A DNA stretch of 64,000 nucleotides from an uncultured delta proteobacterium (GTDB lineage: Bacteria; Desulfobacterota; Binatia; UBA9968): assembly GCA_963755715.1 (NCBI GenBank), contig CAVWLW010000030.1, positions 32,001 to 96,000 of the forward strand, given 5' to 3'. Both the position numbers and the translations under genes were made by a program. The notes under the pieces were generated by a model, which made no database searches, had not been told where the DNA came from, and saw nothing but the letters and a program-made list of their open reading frames with translations. Of the stretch, positions 30,201 through 39,224 are shown piece by piece. Numbering within the stretch: position 1 is the stretch's first letter; the number at the start of each line of letters is the position of its first letter.

Positions 30201-31022
30201 CGGCCATTGCGAAACAAAATAGGCGATGTCCGCCGCCGCCAGCTTTTCAATCGATGCCTGGGCTTTCACCGTCATTTTTTCGCCGATGGCGAATTCGCCG
30301 TTCAGTTTGACCTGGGAGTGGCGGCTCACGGCCCAGAAATTTTTTACTTTGACCGTAGCCGGCGCCACAGCGGCCTGTTCGTATTCGAACTCGCCTTTGA
30401 GCCGAAGGTCCGGCTGGCCCGACGAGATCAGCACTGTCATCAGCTCGGCGACGTCGAGTGAAACACCGGTCGGTCGAACTCCTACCCGGCCCTGGAGATT
30501 TAAATCCTGCAAACGATAGAGCTTGCCGCCTCCCGAAGCGGGGCGCACGTCGAATTTCGCGTGGCGTAAATGGAAAGACTCCACCAGCACGATGAAGTCG
30601 GATGGCTTCTCTGGTTCCGGTTGGCGCGGCGCTAAGGCCTCGACGAGGTTCCACTGTCCGGCCTGATCTTGAAGCAGGCTGGCGCTTGGCTCCGTGGCAT
30701 CGATGCCGGCAATCTTCAGCTCGCCCCAGAGCAACGGGATCAAAGAAAAGAAAACTTCCAGGCGAGGGACTTTAAGGATCTCGCTTTGTTCATGGCGCAG
30801 CGTCACGTTGTGAAGCGTCAGCCTGCTCCATACCGATCCCTCGAGACGATCGACGCTAATGGTTCCTCGAATGGTCTGGTTGACGAGGGTAATCGCTTCT
30901 TCTCGGAGCCAGCGGGTAAAGTTTTCCGTGCGCGTGTAGATCGCCACGATCACGACTGCGAGAAAGAGCAATGCGCCGACGCCCGCGACCAGCCATTTCA
31001 AAATGCGCCGCAATTTCTCCAT
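27231..31022 (-). CDS. tamB: Translocation/assembly module TamB (DUF490)
   Basis: 1263 aa with an N-terminal TM; C-terminal GTAEKPSLTLAS.P.LEQADILALLIFG, GRYIGDKTY and GIDIIWSKRY. Confidence 0.88.
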   Translation of the reverse strand: MEKLRRILKWLVAGVGALLFLAVVIVAIYTRTENFTRWLREEAITLVNQTIRGTISVDRLEGSVWSRLTLHNVTLRHEQSEILKVPRLEVFFSLIPLLWGELKIAGIDATEPSASLLQDQAGQWNLVEALAPRQPEPEKPSDFIVLVESFHLRHAKFDVRPASGGGKLYRLQDLNLQGRVGVRPTGVSLDVAELMTVLISSGQPDLRLKGEFEYEQAAVAPATVKVKNFWAVSRHSQVKLNGEFAIGEKMTVKAQASIEKLAAADIAYFVSQWPLKPDIAGNLTIEGPLDALNGNLELAGAGGKIAAKFKADVTQANPRYSATAIVNGFDLRQWLGRRDVAGVVHANIEANGNGFALRDTQAKLALEAHAAQMQEWLLGTLSIQGVLKDSIATVDGRLQSKLGGAEWSGKVALSEKRPPYELALSVKDLDIEKAADGTAIQGKLNLQAKVKGAGWTLADMNTRAEVRILPSSVGPVLVKQGALTATLSENKIRIAGATLATDDATLAVNGELGLDAKNTGNLDYRLRMTDVSPWLALVQRKGSGAIELSGQARGNPADLQTQGVVRLSGLELEGTVVKAGNISFALRGSQEEFFPRGVVTAQLTDIAAGLNLRRLNATAKLSRQAVPSIQLDLDAQDLLERKHAVSGTVDLAPDALILRLSQVSLTAPDGTWKLSRPVTVTKRDDAFTIDQLSMKNGDRELALYGRFAVAGNQDLTLTVDRLPLGLVTAFLAQPPKVTGLLAAHARVTGSAAAPEIAASAKLTETTVAGQAYAGATADLGYQDKRATLRLEVRQDAARALNANGTLPLNLSWSNGFRADFADGLDLRIQSAGLSVAFLNAFSGKSLENIAGEVSLDASARGAVKQPDLRGTFQLRDGRLKVVPLGVDINGITVTGGLDSRSVNVRELTAKAKDGEIKGSGSIALKDFDANGFKLVLTAQRWPAIETQRYQVKVAGDVEAQGTLTAPKISGKITVLEGSLRPDLAFLEQSKVPLKPDETIVFVNKNGVPRPPPAQKKESSTAGDDQLFKKLSLDLTVSAPGHVWIRHPDLVSELSGNVHATKAPDREIDLTGRIDVVRGWLAFQGRRLQLTRGAIEFTGGGQINPSLDVVAEYRLPNYEVDVIIGGTAEKPSLTLASHPQLEQADILALLIFGKPIDSLSQKEQGSLQQSALGITSGFVAGQIANSVSKALGLDSLGEVDFSGGRIGFGRYIGDKTYFSLSQELADNHEQEVALEYQIAPNWKIGTKTSSSGSSGIDIIWSKRY

Positions 31023-31025
31023 AAG

Positions 31026-32861
31026 CTAAAAGGCGGCTCCAATACTGAAATGAATTTGCCAAGGCCGATCGCTGCGCGGCGGATTAAACGGAAAGCCCAG
31101 GTCCACCCGGATCGGTCCAACGGGCGTTGCATAGCTCAATCCGAAACCAGTGGAAAATTGCAAATTATTCACGGGAATATCGAAAGCACGCTCCGAAACC
31201 TGACCGAAATCGACGAACAGCGCGCCGCTTAATTCCCGCCAGACGGGCCGGCGCAGTTCGAGCGAGCCTTCGATCAAACTGAGTCCACCCAAGGGATCGT
31301 TGCTTGCACTCAAGGGACCGAGACGGCGCCTGGCGTAACCGCGCACGCTCCTGTCACCGCCGGCATAAAATCGTTCGAACAGCGGCAAATTTTGGTGGTC
31401 GCCGATAGCATCGGCCAGGCCTAGCTTCAGTCGGCTGGCAAAAACCGTCTGCCAGCCGATATCGATGTATTTTTTTGCTTCCGCTGTAAATTTGTAGAAA
31501 CTGAACTGACCGCCCCAGATCGCGCCCGCTTGATCCGCGGTTAGTGTCACCACTTCGCCTTTTTTAGGATTGAAAGGGTCGTCGGCGGTGTTCCAGACCA
31601 GGCTGGCGAACGGGCCGGAAAGAAGCCCTTTTTTCTCGATCCCGCCCAGCGCCTCCGAGGTAGCTTCCGAGACGTCGCTCAGCTGATCGTATTCCAGCCG
31701 ATAACCCATGAAAGCGCTGAGTGTCTTGGAAAATTTATGTTCCACGCGCGGACGAAATCGGCTCGCGTTCAAATGATAGGTTTGCTCCTTTTCCTGGTTG
31801 TGCGTAAAGTTCACGACGGCTTGCGTATCGGGGGAGAAAAAATGCGGCTGAATGAAGTTGATCGTGCCCGAAGCTTCGATGGCGGAGTATCTAGCCAGAA
31901 GCGACAACCGCCTGCCGCCGCCCAGCCAATTCAGAAGGCGCCATTCGAGCTGAGTGCGAACTTGGTCTTCGGTGCCGTAGCCGAGCGATAACTTGATTTC
32001 GCGATTGGGCTTTTCCGTGACTTCCACTTCCATCGGTACGACGGTCGCCACTTGCTCAGGCTGCGCCGGGCCTACCCGCACCGTGCCGAAAAGGTCCAAC
32101 GCCAATAACTTCTCCCGGGTTTCGGTGACTTTCGAGAGCGCATAAGTCTCCCCCGGGCGATAGGTGATTTCGCGCGTCACCAACTCCGGATCCACCGTCG
32201 TCGTACCTTTCACTTCCGTTGCCCCGAAAACGGCGAGCGGTCCGGGTTGGACGACGTAGCGAATACGAACCTGCTGCTGGTCTAAATCGACTTCGGCGTG
32301 ACGCTCGGTTTTGACAAAGGCATAGCCATTTTCCAAAAAAGTCGAGCGTAAAACTTGCTCGGCCTGCTGATAATCCGCCTCGCGAAAGATTTGTCCTCGC
32401 TTGACGGGCAATTCCTCGGGAAAAGGTGGCGGTTTCTGCGCCGATCCCTTCCCCGCCACTTGGACATCGATCTCGGTAATTACCACGGGCACCGCTTCGT
32501 GCACGGCGATATGAGCCGTCACCAGCGCATCGGCTTCATCGACTTCGAGGTCGGGCGACAAGGTCGTCCCGTAGAAGCCTCTCGACTCGTAAAGTCTCTC
32601 CAGTCGCTCCAGATCGGTGCCGAAAGTCACCGGATCAAACACCGGGCGATCCTCCCAAAAGCGATACCAAGGCCGCTCTTTGGTCGTCATCAGCTCACTA
32701 AGTTCGTCTTTTGAAATTTTTTTATTGCCGGAAAAATCGATTTGCTTGACCCTCCATTGTCGCGCGCTATCGAGAGCATCGAGCGGAATCGCAGCAACAC
32801 TGCCAGCACATGCCAACCATCCGGCTAGCGCCGCTACAAGGATCTTGCATGGCTGCGTCAC
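31026..32861 (-). CDS. tamA: Omp85-family protein TamA (about 3 POTRA domains + barrel)
   Basis: RFYAGGDRSVRGY, TPVGPIRVDLG and terminal FSIGAAF; 3 nt gap to tamB. Confidence 0.88.
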   Translation of the reverse strand: MTQPCKILVAALAGWLACAGSVAAIPLDALDSARQWRVKQIDFSGNKKISKDELSELMTTKERPWYRFWEDRPVFDPVTFGTDLERLERLYESRGFYGTTLSPDLEVDEADALVTAHIAVHEAVPVVITEIDVQVAGKGSAQKPPPFPEELPVKRGQIFREADYQQAEQVLRSTFLENGYAFVKTERHAEVDLDQQQVRIRYVVQPGPLAVFGATEVKGTTTVDPELVTREITYRPGETYALSKVTETREKLLALDLFGTVRVGPAQPEQVATVVPMEVEVTEKPNREIKLSLGYGTEDQVRTQLEWRLLNWLGGGRRLSLLARYSAIEASGTINFIQPHFFSPDTQAVVNFTHNQEKEQTYHLNASRFRPRVEHKFSKTLSAFMGYRLEYDQLSDVSEATSEALGGIEKKGLLSGPFASLVWNTADDPFNPKKGEVVTLTADQAGAIWGGQFSFYKFTAEAKKYIDIGWQTVFASRLKLGLADAIGDHQNLPLFERFYAGGDRSVRGYARRRLGPLSASNDPLGGLSLIEGSLELRRPVWRELSGALFVDFGQVSERAFDIPVNNLQFSTGFGLSYATPVGPIRVDLGFPFNPPRSDRPWQIHFSIGAAF

Positions 32862-33142
32862 TCTTTTCTTCTTAACATCTCAACTAAGCCCGCGAAATAA
32901 GTCAAAGTGAAATATGGATCCGCACAACGCGAATGAGCAATCTTGCCTTGCCCGAAACCATCATCACGCTGGCAAATCAGTGGATCAGTAGCAAAATAAA
33001 TGTTTTAGTGATTGAAGATCGAGAGTTTCAGTTCTTGGCGGCAAAGACAAACCAATCAACCGCGTTGTTAGCGGTCGAGGAAGGTTTTAGTCGTGATCAA
33101 ACAAGCAATCGATTCAGCCGCGAAGGTAAGAAGGCGAATCCC

Positions 33143-33670
33143 ATGCGACGGATAATGTTATCGCGGCGAAACGCTGTCTTGGTTTTTCTACTCGTGTTTG
33201 AACTCTATGAGGGGCAAGTTCTGGCTCAGGCAGTAAGAGAAAGTTACACGACCACGGCCGACGTTTCGTTGCGATCCGGGCCCGGTATGAAGTATCCAGT
33301 CGTTACGACGCTACCCAAGGGGACCAACATCAACGTCGTCGGCCGCGAAGGTTATTGGCTCAAAGTTGAATCGAAGCATGGGGGTCAACCGGGTTATGTC
33401 GACGAACAATTTACTCAACCCGTTGAGACCACCCAAGCCGCTCCAAAGATTACGACCACGCCGGTCGTCGGCGCCTATAAAACAATAAAAGATGTCGATC
33501 TGCGCCAAGGACCCGGGGCCAAATATCCCATAGTCGCAAAGATCCCTTCTGGAATCCGAGTCAACGTCGTTCGCGCGGAAGGAGATTGGTTAAGAGTCGA
33601 ATCCAAACGCGGCGCCAAGCCGGGATATCTGGAGAAGCGCTCGGTCGAACCCTGGGACGATCGATATTGA
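33143..33670 (+). CDS. Exported protein with two bacterial SH3 domains
   Basis: Internal repeat VSLRSGPG.KYPVV..W.KVES..GYV / VDLRQGPG.KYPIV..WLRVES..GYL; signal-peptide-like N-terminus. Confidence 0.85.
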   Translation: MRRIMLSRRNAVLVFLLVFELYEGQVLAQAVRESYTTTADVSLRSGPGMKYPVVTTLPKGTNINVVGREGYWLKVESKHGGQPGYVDEQFTQPVETTQAAPKITTTPVVGAYKTIKDVDLRQGPGAKYPIVAKIPSGIRVNVVRAEGDWLRVESKRGAKPGYLEKRSVEPWDDRY

Positions 33671-33775
33671 AATTGACACGCAACGTTCGCGCCTGTCGGC
33701 AATGAGCTAACAATCCAAGTGAGCGCGGCCGCCAAAATCTCTTGTACTTGCCGCGCCCACTTGGATGTAAAACGG

Positions 33776-34156
33776 TTACGACTTAGCTTTTTCTTCGCCG
33801 ATCATCTGCAGGATTTTCTTGCGCACGTCTTGATCCGCGCGCGCCACTTCGAAAATCTTCGTATAGCTTTCTTCGCTCAATCCCTCTTTTGTGAGCACCT
33901 GTTGAAATTTTGATTGGGCTTCCTGTTGAATCTGCTTGCCCTCTTCCGGACCGGAAGCTTCTTTCGCGCGAGGCTCATACTCTTGTCGTATTTTCTCAAC
34001 CTGAACGTAGACTTTGGCAAAGGACCTAAGTTGCTTTTCGTCGAGCTCTGATTGTGGTTTAGGGGCAACCTGGGCAACAAGCGGCTTTGCAACCACGACC
34101 ATTAAGAACGCCGAGACAAAAATCGTGGCGAGGGTCTTCAGACTGACTCTTTTCAT
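33776..34156 (-). CDS. DUF4168-like exported protein
   Basis: Signal peptide; QLRSFAKVYVQVEKIRQEY..GLSEESY..I..ARAD; AAGGAGG RBS. Confidence 0.75.
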   Translation of the reverse strand: MKRVSLKTLATIFVSAFLMVVVAKPLVAQVAPKPQSELDEKQLRSFAKVYVQVEKIRQEYEPRAKEASGPEEGKQIQQEAQSKFQQVLTKEGLSEESYTKIFEVARADQDVRKKILQMIGEEKAKS

Positions 34157-34196
34157 GGAACAACCTCCTTGGTATCAGAATCTGTCTTTCTGTCGC

Positions 34197-34243
34197 GCAA
34201 GAGATATGCCAGGAGGGGTCCCCGCCATATTATCAGTGATTTA
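34197..34243 (-). promoter_or_regulatory. sigma54 promoter with upstream IHF-like site
   Basis: Minus strand TGGCATATCTCTTGC at 34197-34211; TATCAGTGATTTA (WATCAR-N4-TTR) at 34231-34243. Confidence 0.7.
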
Positions 34244-34446
34244 GAGAAAGCTATTTTGCCCGAGAAAAAATATGCTGCATGGGATCCCATGCAGCAAAAA
34301 CCAGAATCACCGGCAAGTGAAAGTGTTTTCATACACACTTACGCTGAAGTCAGCGATAGCTTGCCGAGAAATGCTGGGTAGATTCAAACGGAGACCGCGC
34401 AGGGCATTTAAAGTCAAACCTGCGGGATGGATGCGGCGAATCTAAT

Positions 34447-35262
34447 TCAGGACCCCTTGCCCAACTCCTGCGATCTTCTGGTCGCGCTCACCACCGCGTC
34501 CATCACCGTGCCGCGAAAACCGTTCTGCTCCATGGCGTAAAGTCCGGCGATAGTCGTACCGCCCGGCGAGGTCACTTCATCTTTCAACTCGCTCAAGTGC
34601 TTGTTGCCTTCCAACGCCATGCGCGCGGCACCGTAAACGGTCTGCATCGCTAGTTTCAGCGCCACATCGCGGGATAAACCGACTTGAACACCGCCGTCGG
34701 CGAGCGCTTCCATAAAAAGAAAAACATACGCCGGCCCGCTGCCGCTGAGCCCGGTGACCGCGTCCAAATATTTTTCTTCTACCGCTAAACCGACGCCAAA
34801 GCTGTTGAGAATCGCGCCGACTTTTTCTAAATCCGCAGCCGTGGCATGACCGCCGCCGGCAAAACCGGCGGCGCCGGCGCCAACGACGCAGGGAATGTTC
34901 GGCATCACGCGCACGACGCGCGCTCCCGGCTCGAGGTGCGTCTCGATGCGCCCCAGTGGCACTCCCGCGGCGACCGAGACCAGCAGCTTGGATTTGCCGA
35001 GTTTCTTGGCGATCTCGCGCGCCACCGGATCGACGATTTGTGGCTTGACCGCGAGGATGATGATCTCGGCAAAATCACAGAGTGCGCCGTTATCCGGCGT
35101 GACCTTGATATCGAGATCCCGGGCGATGGCCTGACGCAGCTCGTCGCTTACGTCACTGGACATGACGCTTTCTTTATTCACCAAACCGGCTCGAATGATT
35201 CCTCGAGCGATGGCCGAGCCGATTTTTCCCGCACCGATCACGCCGATTTTTTCCGTCAACAC
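34447..35262 (-). CDS. proC: Pyrroline-5-carboxylate reductase
   Basis: IGAGKIG, LAVKPQ, VRVMPN, TGLSGSGPAY and VTSPGGTT. Confidence 0.97.
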   Translation of the reverse strand: MLTEKIGVIGAGKIGSAIARGIIRAGLVNKESVMSSDVSDELRQAIARDLDIKVTPDNGALCDFAEIIILAVKPQIVDPVAREIAKKLGKSKLLVSVAAGVPLGRIETHLEPGARVVRVMPNIPCVVGAGAAGFAGGGHATAADLEKVGAILNSFGVGLAVEEKYLDAVTGLSGSGPAYVFLFMEALADGGVQVGLSRDVALKLAMQTVYGAARMALEGNKHLSELKDEVTSPGGTTIAGLYAMEQNGFRGTVMDAVVSATRRSQELGKGS

Positions 35263-35342
35263 TGGAGACCTCCTTGGATGCTTAGCCGACGCCGGCCAGC
35301 ATAGTTGGTCGGCGCGCGAAGTTCAAAGTCCGGCGCTGCCAT

Positions 35343-35376
35343 AAAAAAAGCCCCCGGCCTGTAACCGGGGGCTTTT
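35343..35376 (-). terminator. Rho-independent terminator
   Basis: AAAAAAAGCCCCCGG-cctgtaa-CCGGGGGCTTTT, downstream of the 35403 stop. Confidence 0.85.
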
Positions 35377-35402
35377 AGTAAGGCGGATACTAGCTGACCT
35401 GG

Positions 35403-38400
35403 CTAGTATTTCGCGCCCAAGTCTTGCAGCGCCTTCAGCGCGTCCGCATCGTCAGGGCTGAGAGAGAGTATCTCGCGATACTTCTGTTCGGCATCTTTTA
35501 TTTTTCCCAACTGGGCATAGGACTGGCCGAGCGAAAAGCGCAGATCGTTGCGCCGCCGCCGCATGCGCAGGGCTTCGGTATATTCCGCTGCGGCCTTCTC
35601 CCACACGGCGAGCCGGTAATACACACCGCCTAATTCGGTGTGGATTGTCGCCGAGTCCTCGCCCTTGGATTTGGACTTTTCGAGCAACGCGCGCGCTTCC
35701 TGCAGCTCTTTCTTGGCCTGGCCGTCGTCTTTTAGCCGCGCCGCTTTGGCCGCCGCCAAGCGTCCCCATGCCAGCAATACGGCGGGGTGTTCCGCTTGCA
35801 AGTCGCGCGCTTGAATAAACCATTTCTCGGCTTCCGCGAGATCGCCGGAATGAAGCGCGATATTGCCCAAGCCGAGATACGGCAAAACCTCTTTGTTGCC
35901 CATGCTGATCACCTTGCGGTAAATCACCTGGGCTTCCGGCAGATAGAATTCATCGCTCATCGCCAACACGTCGGAAATGTATTCAGACCCGCTCTCGAGC
36001 GCGGCAAGAGCTTCTTTCAATCCTTCAGTGCTCTTGTCTTGTTCGAGCAAAATTCTCATTTTCAAAAGATGAAATTTCGGGTTCTTTGGCTCGAGACGGA
36101 TGGCTTCGTCGATTTCCTTCGAGGCGCGAGCGCGGGATAAGCTCGCCAAGTACGACTGCGCCATATAAAAGTGATGCATCGCTTCGGGCACCGGCAATGG
36201 CTTTGATTTAAGCCACGGTGGCGAATCCAGCAGAAACGGCGTCATGATGCGCCGGTTGAGCTCAGTCGTTGCCCGGCGCAGATTTTTCGGCGCCGAGAAC
36301 TCCAACTGGGCGCCGTCATCGGTATTGATCGCAGCGCCCTTGGAAAATGCCAAAAAGCCGTCGCGGTTCATCCGATAAAAACCTTGCACCGCGTAGACGT
36401 CGGAGAGCCCCAGGTATTCGAGATCCGACTGCAAGGTCTTGTTATCGTCGTAGATTTTTTTGACCGCGGCATAATCGAAAACTTGCTCCTTTTTGCTGCC
36501 GATCAACAGAAAGTCGCTTTCTTTCATGCTCCACAGCGACACGTGCGGAAAGGCTTCGGCAAAAGTGCGAAACACCATGCGAAAATCATCGGGCGACATG
36601 GAATAGTTATGAAACCATTGGGCGAAGATGCCGTCGTCTTTGATCTTGGATTTGATGACTTGGTAGAATTCACGGGTATAGAGATTGGCGATGCCGGCGA
36701 TCCAGGGATTCGACGGTTCCGCGGTGATGACGTCGTATTGTTCCGGTGTGGCCAAAATGTAGTTTCTGCCGTCCGTCGGAATGACATGGACCCGCGGGTC
36801 CTCTAACACGCCCGCATGACGGGAATTGCGCGCGTTACGAGACAGGCGGTCAATGGCGCCGCGGTAATCGAGGTCCTCCGAGCGCTTCATCAGCTCGGCG
36901 CGCGCCGCCGGAGCCATCACGCCCTGATAGTAGATCCGCTTCTCTTTTTCGTCGTACCATACGCGAGTATCGGGGCTGTCGGCGACAGAATCGTATACAA
37001 AGCGTGAGCGAACGGTCGGGCTCGACGGAAAAGAAACTCCCGGCGGCAGCTTAGCGAGCGGCACCGAGGTCCGGTCGAAGAACTTGCTCGCTTGGATCAT
37101 TGCCGGCTCGATTTCGATGATCTCGATTCGCTTTAACGATTTAAAAGTGGCGAGGGCCTTGGCCGACATGCCGCTGCCAAGGCCGATGGTCAGGGCTCTC
37201 TCCGCCGTCGGATGCAGCAGCATGGCGATGTAGCTGGTCATCAATTGACTGAGCGCATCGCCGTAAGAACCGTCGATCTTGCCGTTCGATTTAAAATAGA
37301 CGTAGTCGCTGCCCGGGATGCTGTGCACGCTGACAGTGGTGGTCAATCCCTCGCGGTAAAAAAGCACGTCGTCCCGCTTCATTTCCTCGACCCGCAAGGA
37401 ATCGGTCGGCAACGATTCGTAGCGATCGGCATAGATCGTCACGCCGCTGGTGAGAACGTGCGGATCCCAACGATGCACCTTGAAAGGCACGATGATCGCC
37501 AACACCAGTACCGCCAGGCCGAGAGCGTAACGCGGCACAAAGGAGAGTTTCGAGTCGCTGATCACCAGCCAGGCGCCGATCAAAAGATTCAGGACGACAG
37601 CGAAAATAATGGTGTTTTGCACGCCGAGGTTGGGGATCAAGATAAAGCCGCCGGCAAAAGCGCCGACAACCGCGCCGACGGTGTTGGCCGCGTAGGAGCT
37701 GCCGACACCGCTGCCGACCCGATAAACACTTTGGGTGAACAAGCGCGCGACCAGCGGAAAGGTCATGCCCAGCAGCACCGTCGGAATGAACATCACTAGA
37801 GCCGAGAGAAAAATCTGGAGGTAGAGAAACACTGTGAACGTATCGCCGAACCCATGCAGCAACCGGACAAAGATCAGCGGCAACCGCTCGAACAAAGGAA
37901 TGGTGGCGAGAGCGGAGAGCCCCACCCAGAGCTCGATCAAGCCGAAGGTGTTCAAGCGCGCCTCGCGTCCACCGAGCACTCGGGCGTAAATAAAACCGCC
38001 GAGCGCCAAGCCGATGAGAAAAGTCACGAGCATCGTCGAAAACGAATAAATCGAGCTGCCGATCACGAGCGTGAGCGACCTCGTCCAAGCGTTTTCGTAA
38101 ACCAGCGAAGCGAAACCGGAAAGCGCGAACGAAGTCAACACCACCCAGGCTAACCTAGAGGAACCTTGCGACTCAGCCGCAGCGGTTTCCTCGGCGGCGG
38201 TTGGCGGGACAATTTCCAGCGGCGTTTTATCGCGTAGACGATCGATCAGGAGAATAGCGGCGGCGATGACCAGGTTAACCGAAGCGGCGACGAAGACCGT
38301 CATGCGCATGCCCAGCGTCGGTATCAGAAAAAACCCGCCGGCGGCGCAGCCAATGACCGCACCGAGTGTGTTGGTTGCATAAAGATCGCCGACGCGCCGG

Positions 38401-38876
38401 CCAAACTGCGCGAAGCTACGGACAAAGAACCGGCTGAGCACCGGCAAAGTCGCGCCCATCAGCATGGTCGGAAACACGAGCAGGACGAAAGAAAGAAAAA
38501 ACAGCACGAGATTGAAAAGAAACGGATAGCTCTCATTCAAACCGAAGATCGGCCCGTAGACCTTTTGTGCCATCTGAAAAATCCACGGCACCAGGAAACC
38601 GTAGACGCCGACGCCCGCTTCGAGGATGCCATACAACAAAAAATCGTTCTTGCCGCGGTCAGCAATCTGGCCGAACAGATAACTGCCGATCGCCAAGCCG
38701 GCCATAAACGCGGACAACACGGTGGCAATGGCGTAAGTCGTATTGCCGAAGATTTGCGTCAGCATGCGGGTCCACACCACTTGGTAAATCAAACCCGCCG
38801 CGCCGGAAAAAAAGAAACAAAAGAGTCCGACGAGGAGCAGCCAATCTTGTTTGGAACGCGGAACACTATCCGTCAT
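35403..38876 (-). CDS. Fused multi-TM (MFS-like) / spermidine-synthase-like SAM-binding domain / TPR protein
   Basis: SGAAGLIYQVVWTR, MGATLP, LYATNTLGA and LGMTFP duplicated TM module; IGLGSG, DGRNY and DVITAEPSNPW..G..NLYTREFY; C-terminal TPR-like helices. Confidence 0.88.
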   Translation of the reverse strand: MTDSVPRSKQDWLLLVGLFCFFFSGAAGLIYQVVWTRMLTQIFGNTTYAIATVLSAFMAGLAIGSYLFGQIADRGKNDFLLYGILEAGVGVYGFLVPWIFQMAQKVYGPIFGLNESYPFLFNLVLFFLSFVLLVFPTMLMGATLPVLSRFFVRSFAQFGRRVGDLYATNTLGAVIGCAAGGFFLIPTLGMRMTVFVAASVNLVIAAAILLIDRLRDKTPLEIVPPTAAEETAAAESQGSSRLAWVVLTSFALSGFASLVYENAWTRSLTLVIGSSIYSFSTMLVTFLIGLALGGFIYARVLGGREARLNTFGLIELWVGLSALATIPLFERLPLIFVRLLHGFGDTFTVFLYLQIFLSALVMFIPTVLLGMTFPLVARLFTQSVYRVGSGVGSSYAANTVGAVVGAFAGGFILIPNLGVQNTIIFAVVLNLLIGAWLVISDSKLSFVPRYALGLAVLVLAIIVPFKVHRWDPHVLTSGVTIYADRYESLPTDSLRVEEMKRDDVLFYREGLTTTVSVHSIPGSDYVYFKSNGKIDGSYGDALSQLMTSYIAMLLHPTAERALTIGLGSGMSAKALATFKSLKRIEIIEIEPAMIQASKFFDRTSVPLAKLPPGVSFPSSPTVRSRFVYDSVADSPDTRVWYDEKEKRIYYQGVMAPAARAELMKRSEDLDYRGAIDRLSRNARNSRHAGVLEDPRVHVIPTDGRNYILATPEQYDVITAEPSNPWIAGIANLYTREFYQVIKSKIKDDGIFAQWFHNYSMSPDDFRMVFRTFAEAFPHVSLWSMKESDFLLIGSKKEQVFDYAAVKKIYDDNKTLQSDLEYLGLSDVYAVQGFYRMNRDGFLAFSKGAAINTDDGAQLEFSAPKNLRRATTELNRRIMTPFLLDSPPWLKSKPLPVPEAMHHFYMAQSYLASLSRARASKEIDEAIRLEPKNPKFHLLKMRILLEQDKSTEGLKEALAALESGSEYISDVLAMSDEFYLPEAQVIYRKVISMGNKEVLPYLGLGNIALHSGDLAEAEKWFIQARDLQAEHPAVLLAWGRLAAAKAARLKDDGQAKKELQEARALLEKSKSKGEDSATIHTELGGVYYRLAVWEKAAAEYTEALRMRRRRNDLRFSLGQSYAQLGKIKDAEQKYREILSLSPDDADALKALQDLGAKY

Positions 38877-39224
38877 AAGTTCTCCCCAACGCCGTCGAAA
38901 AACAATTCAAGAAGTGATAGCAAGCCGCTCGCGAACTGTAAAGGGTAGCAGGCCGCGAGCGCGTCGATTTGCGACACGCGACGGGCTCGGTCAGCAACGC
39001 AAAGTTGGTAGGCCGAGCAAGATTTACCGTCGGTACGTTCGTTGACTTTGGGAGTAATGTCGTATAAGCGTAAATTCTGTCCAGGCATCCTGAATCGGAA
39101 AATTCTTTCCTCTGTAAATTGTTAACCGATTAGCTTAAAACTAACTGTTTGCTGATCCGATAGTTTTTTTGCACGAAAGTAGCGATCGCGGCCAATTACA
39201 AGTTAAATTATTTGGAGGAAAGCA

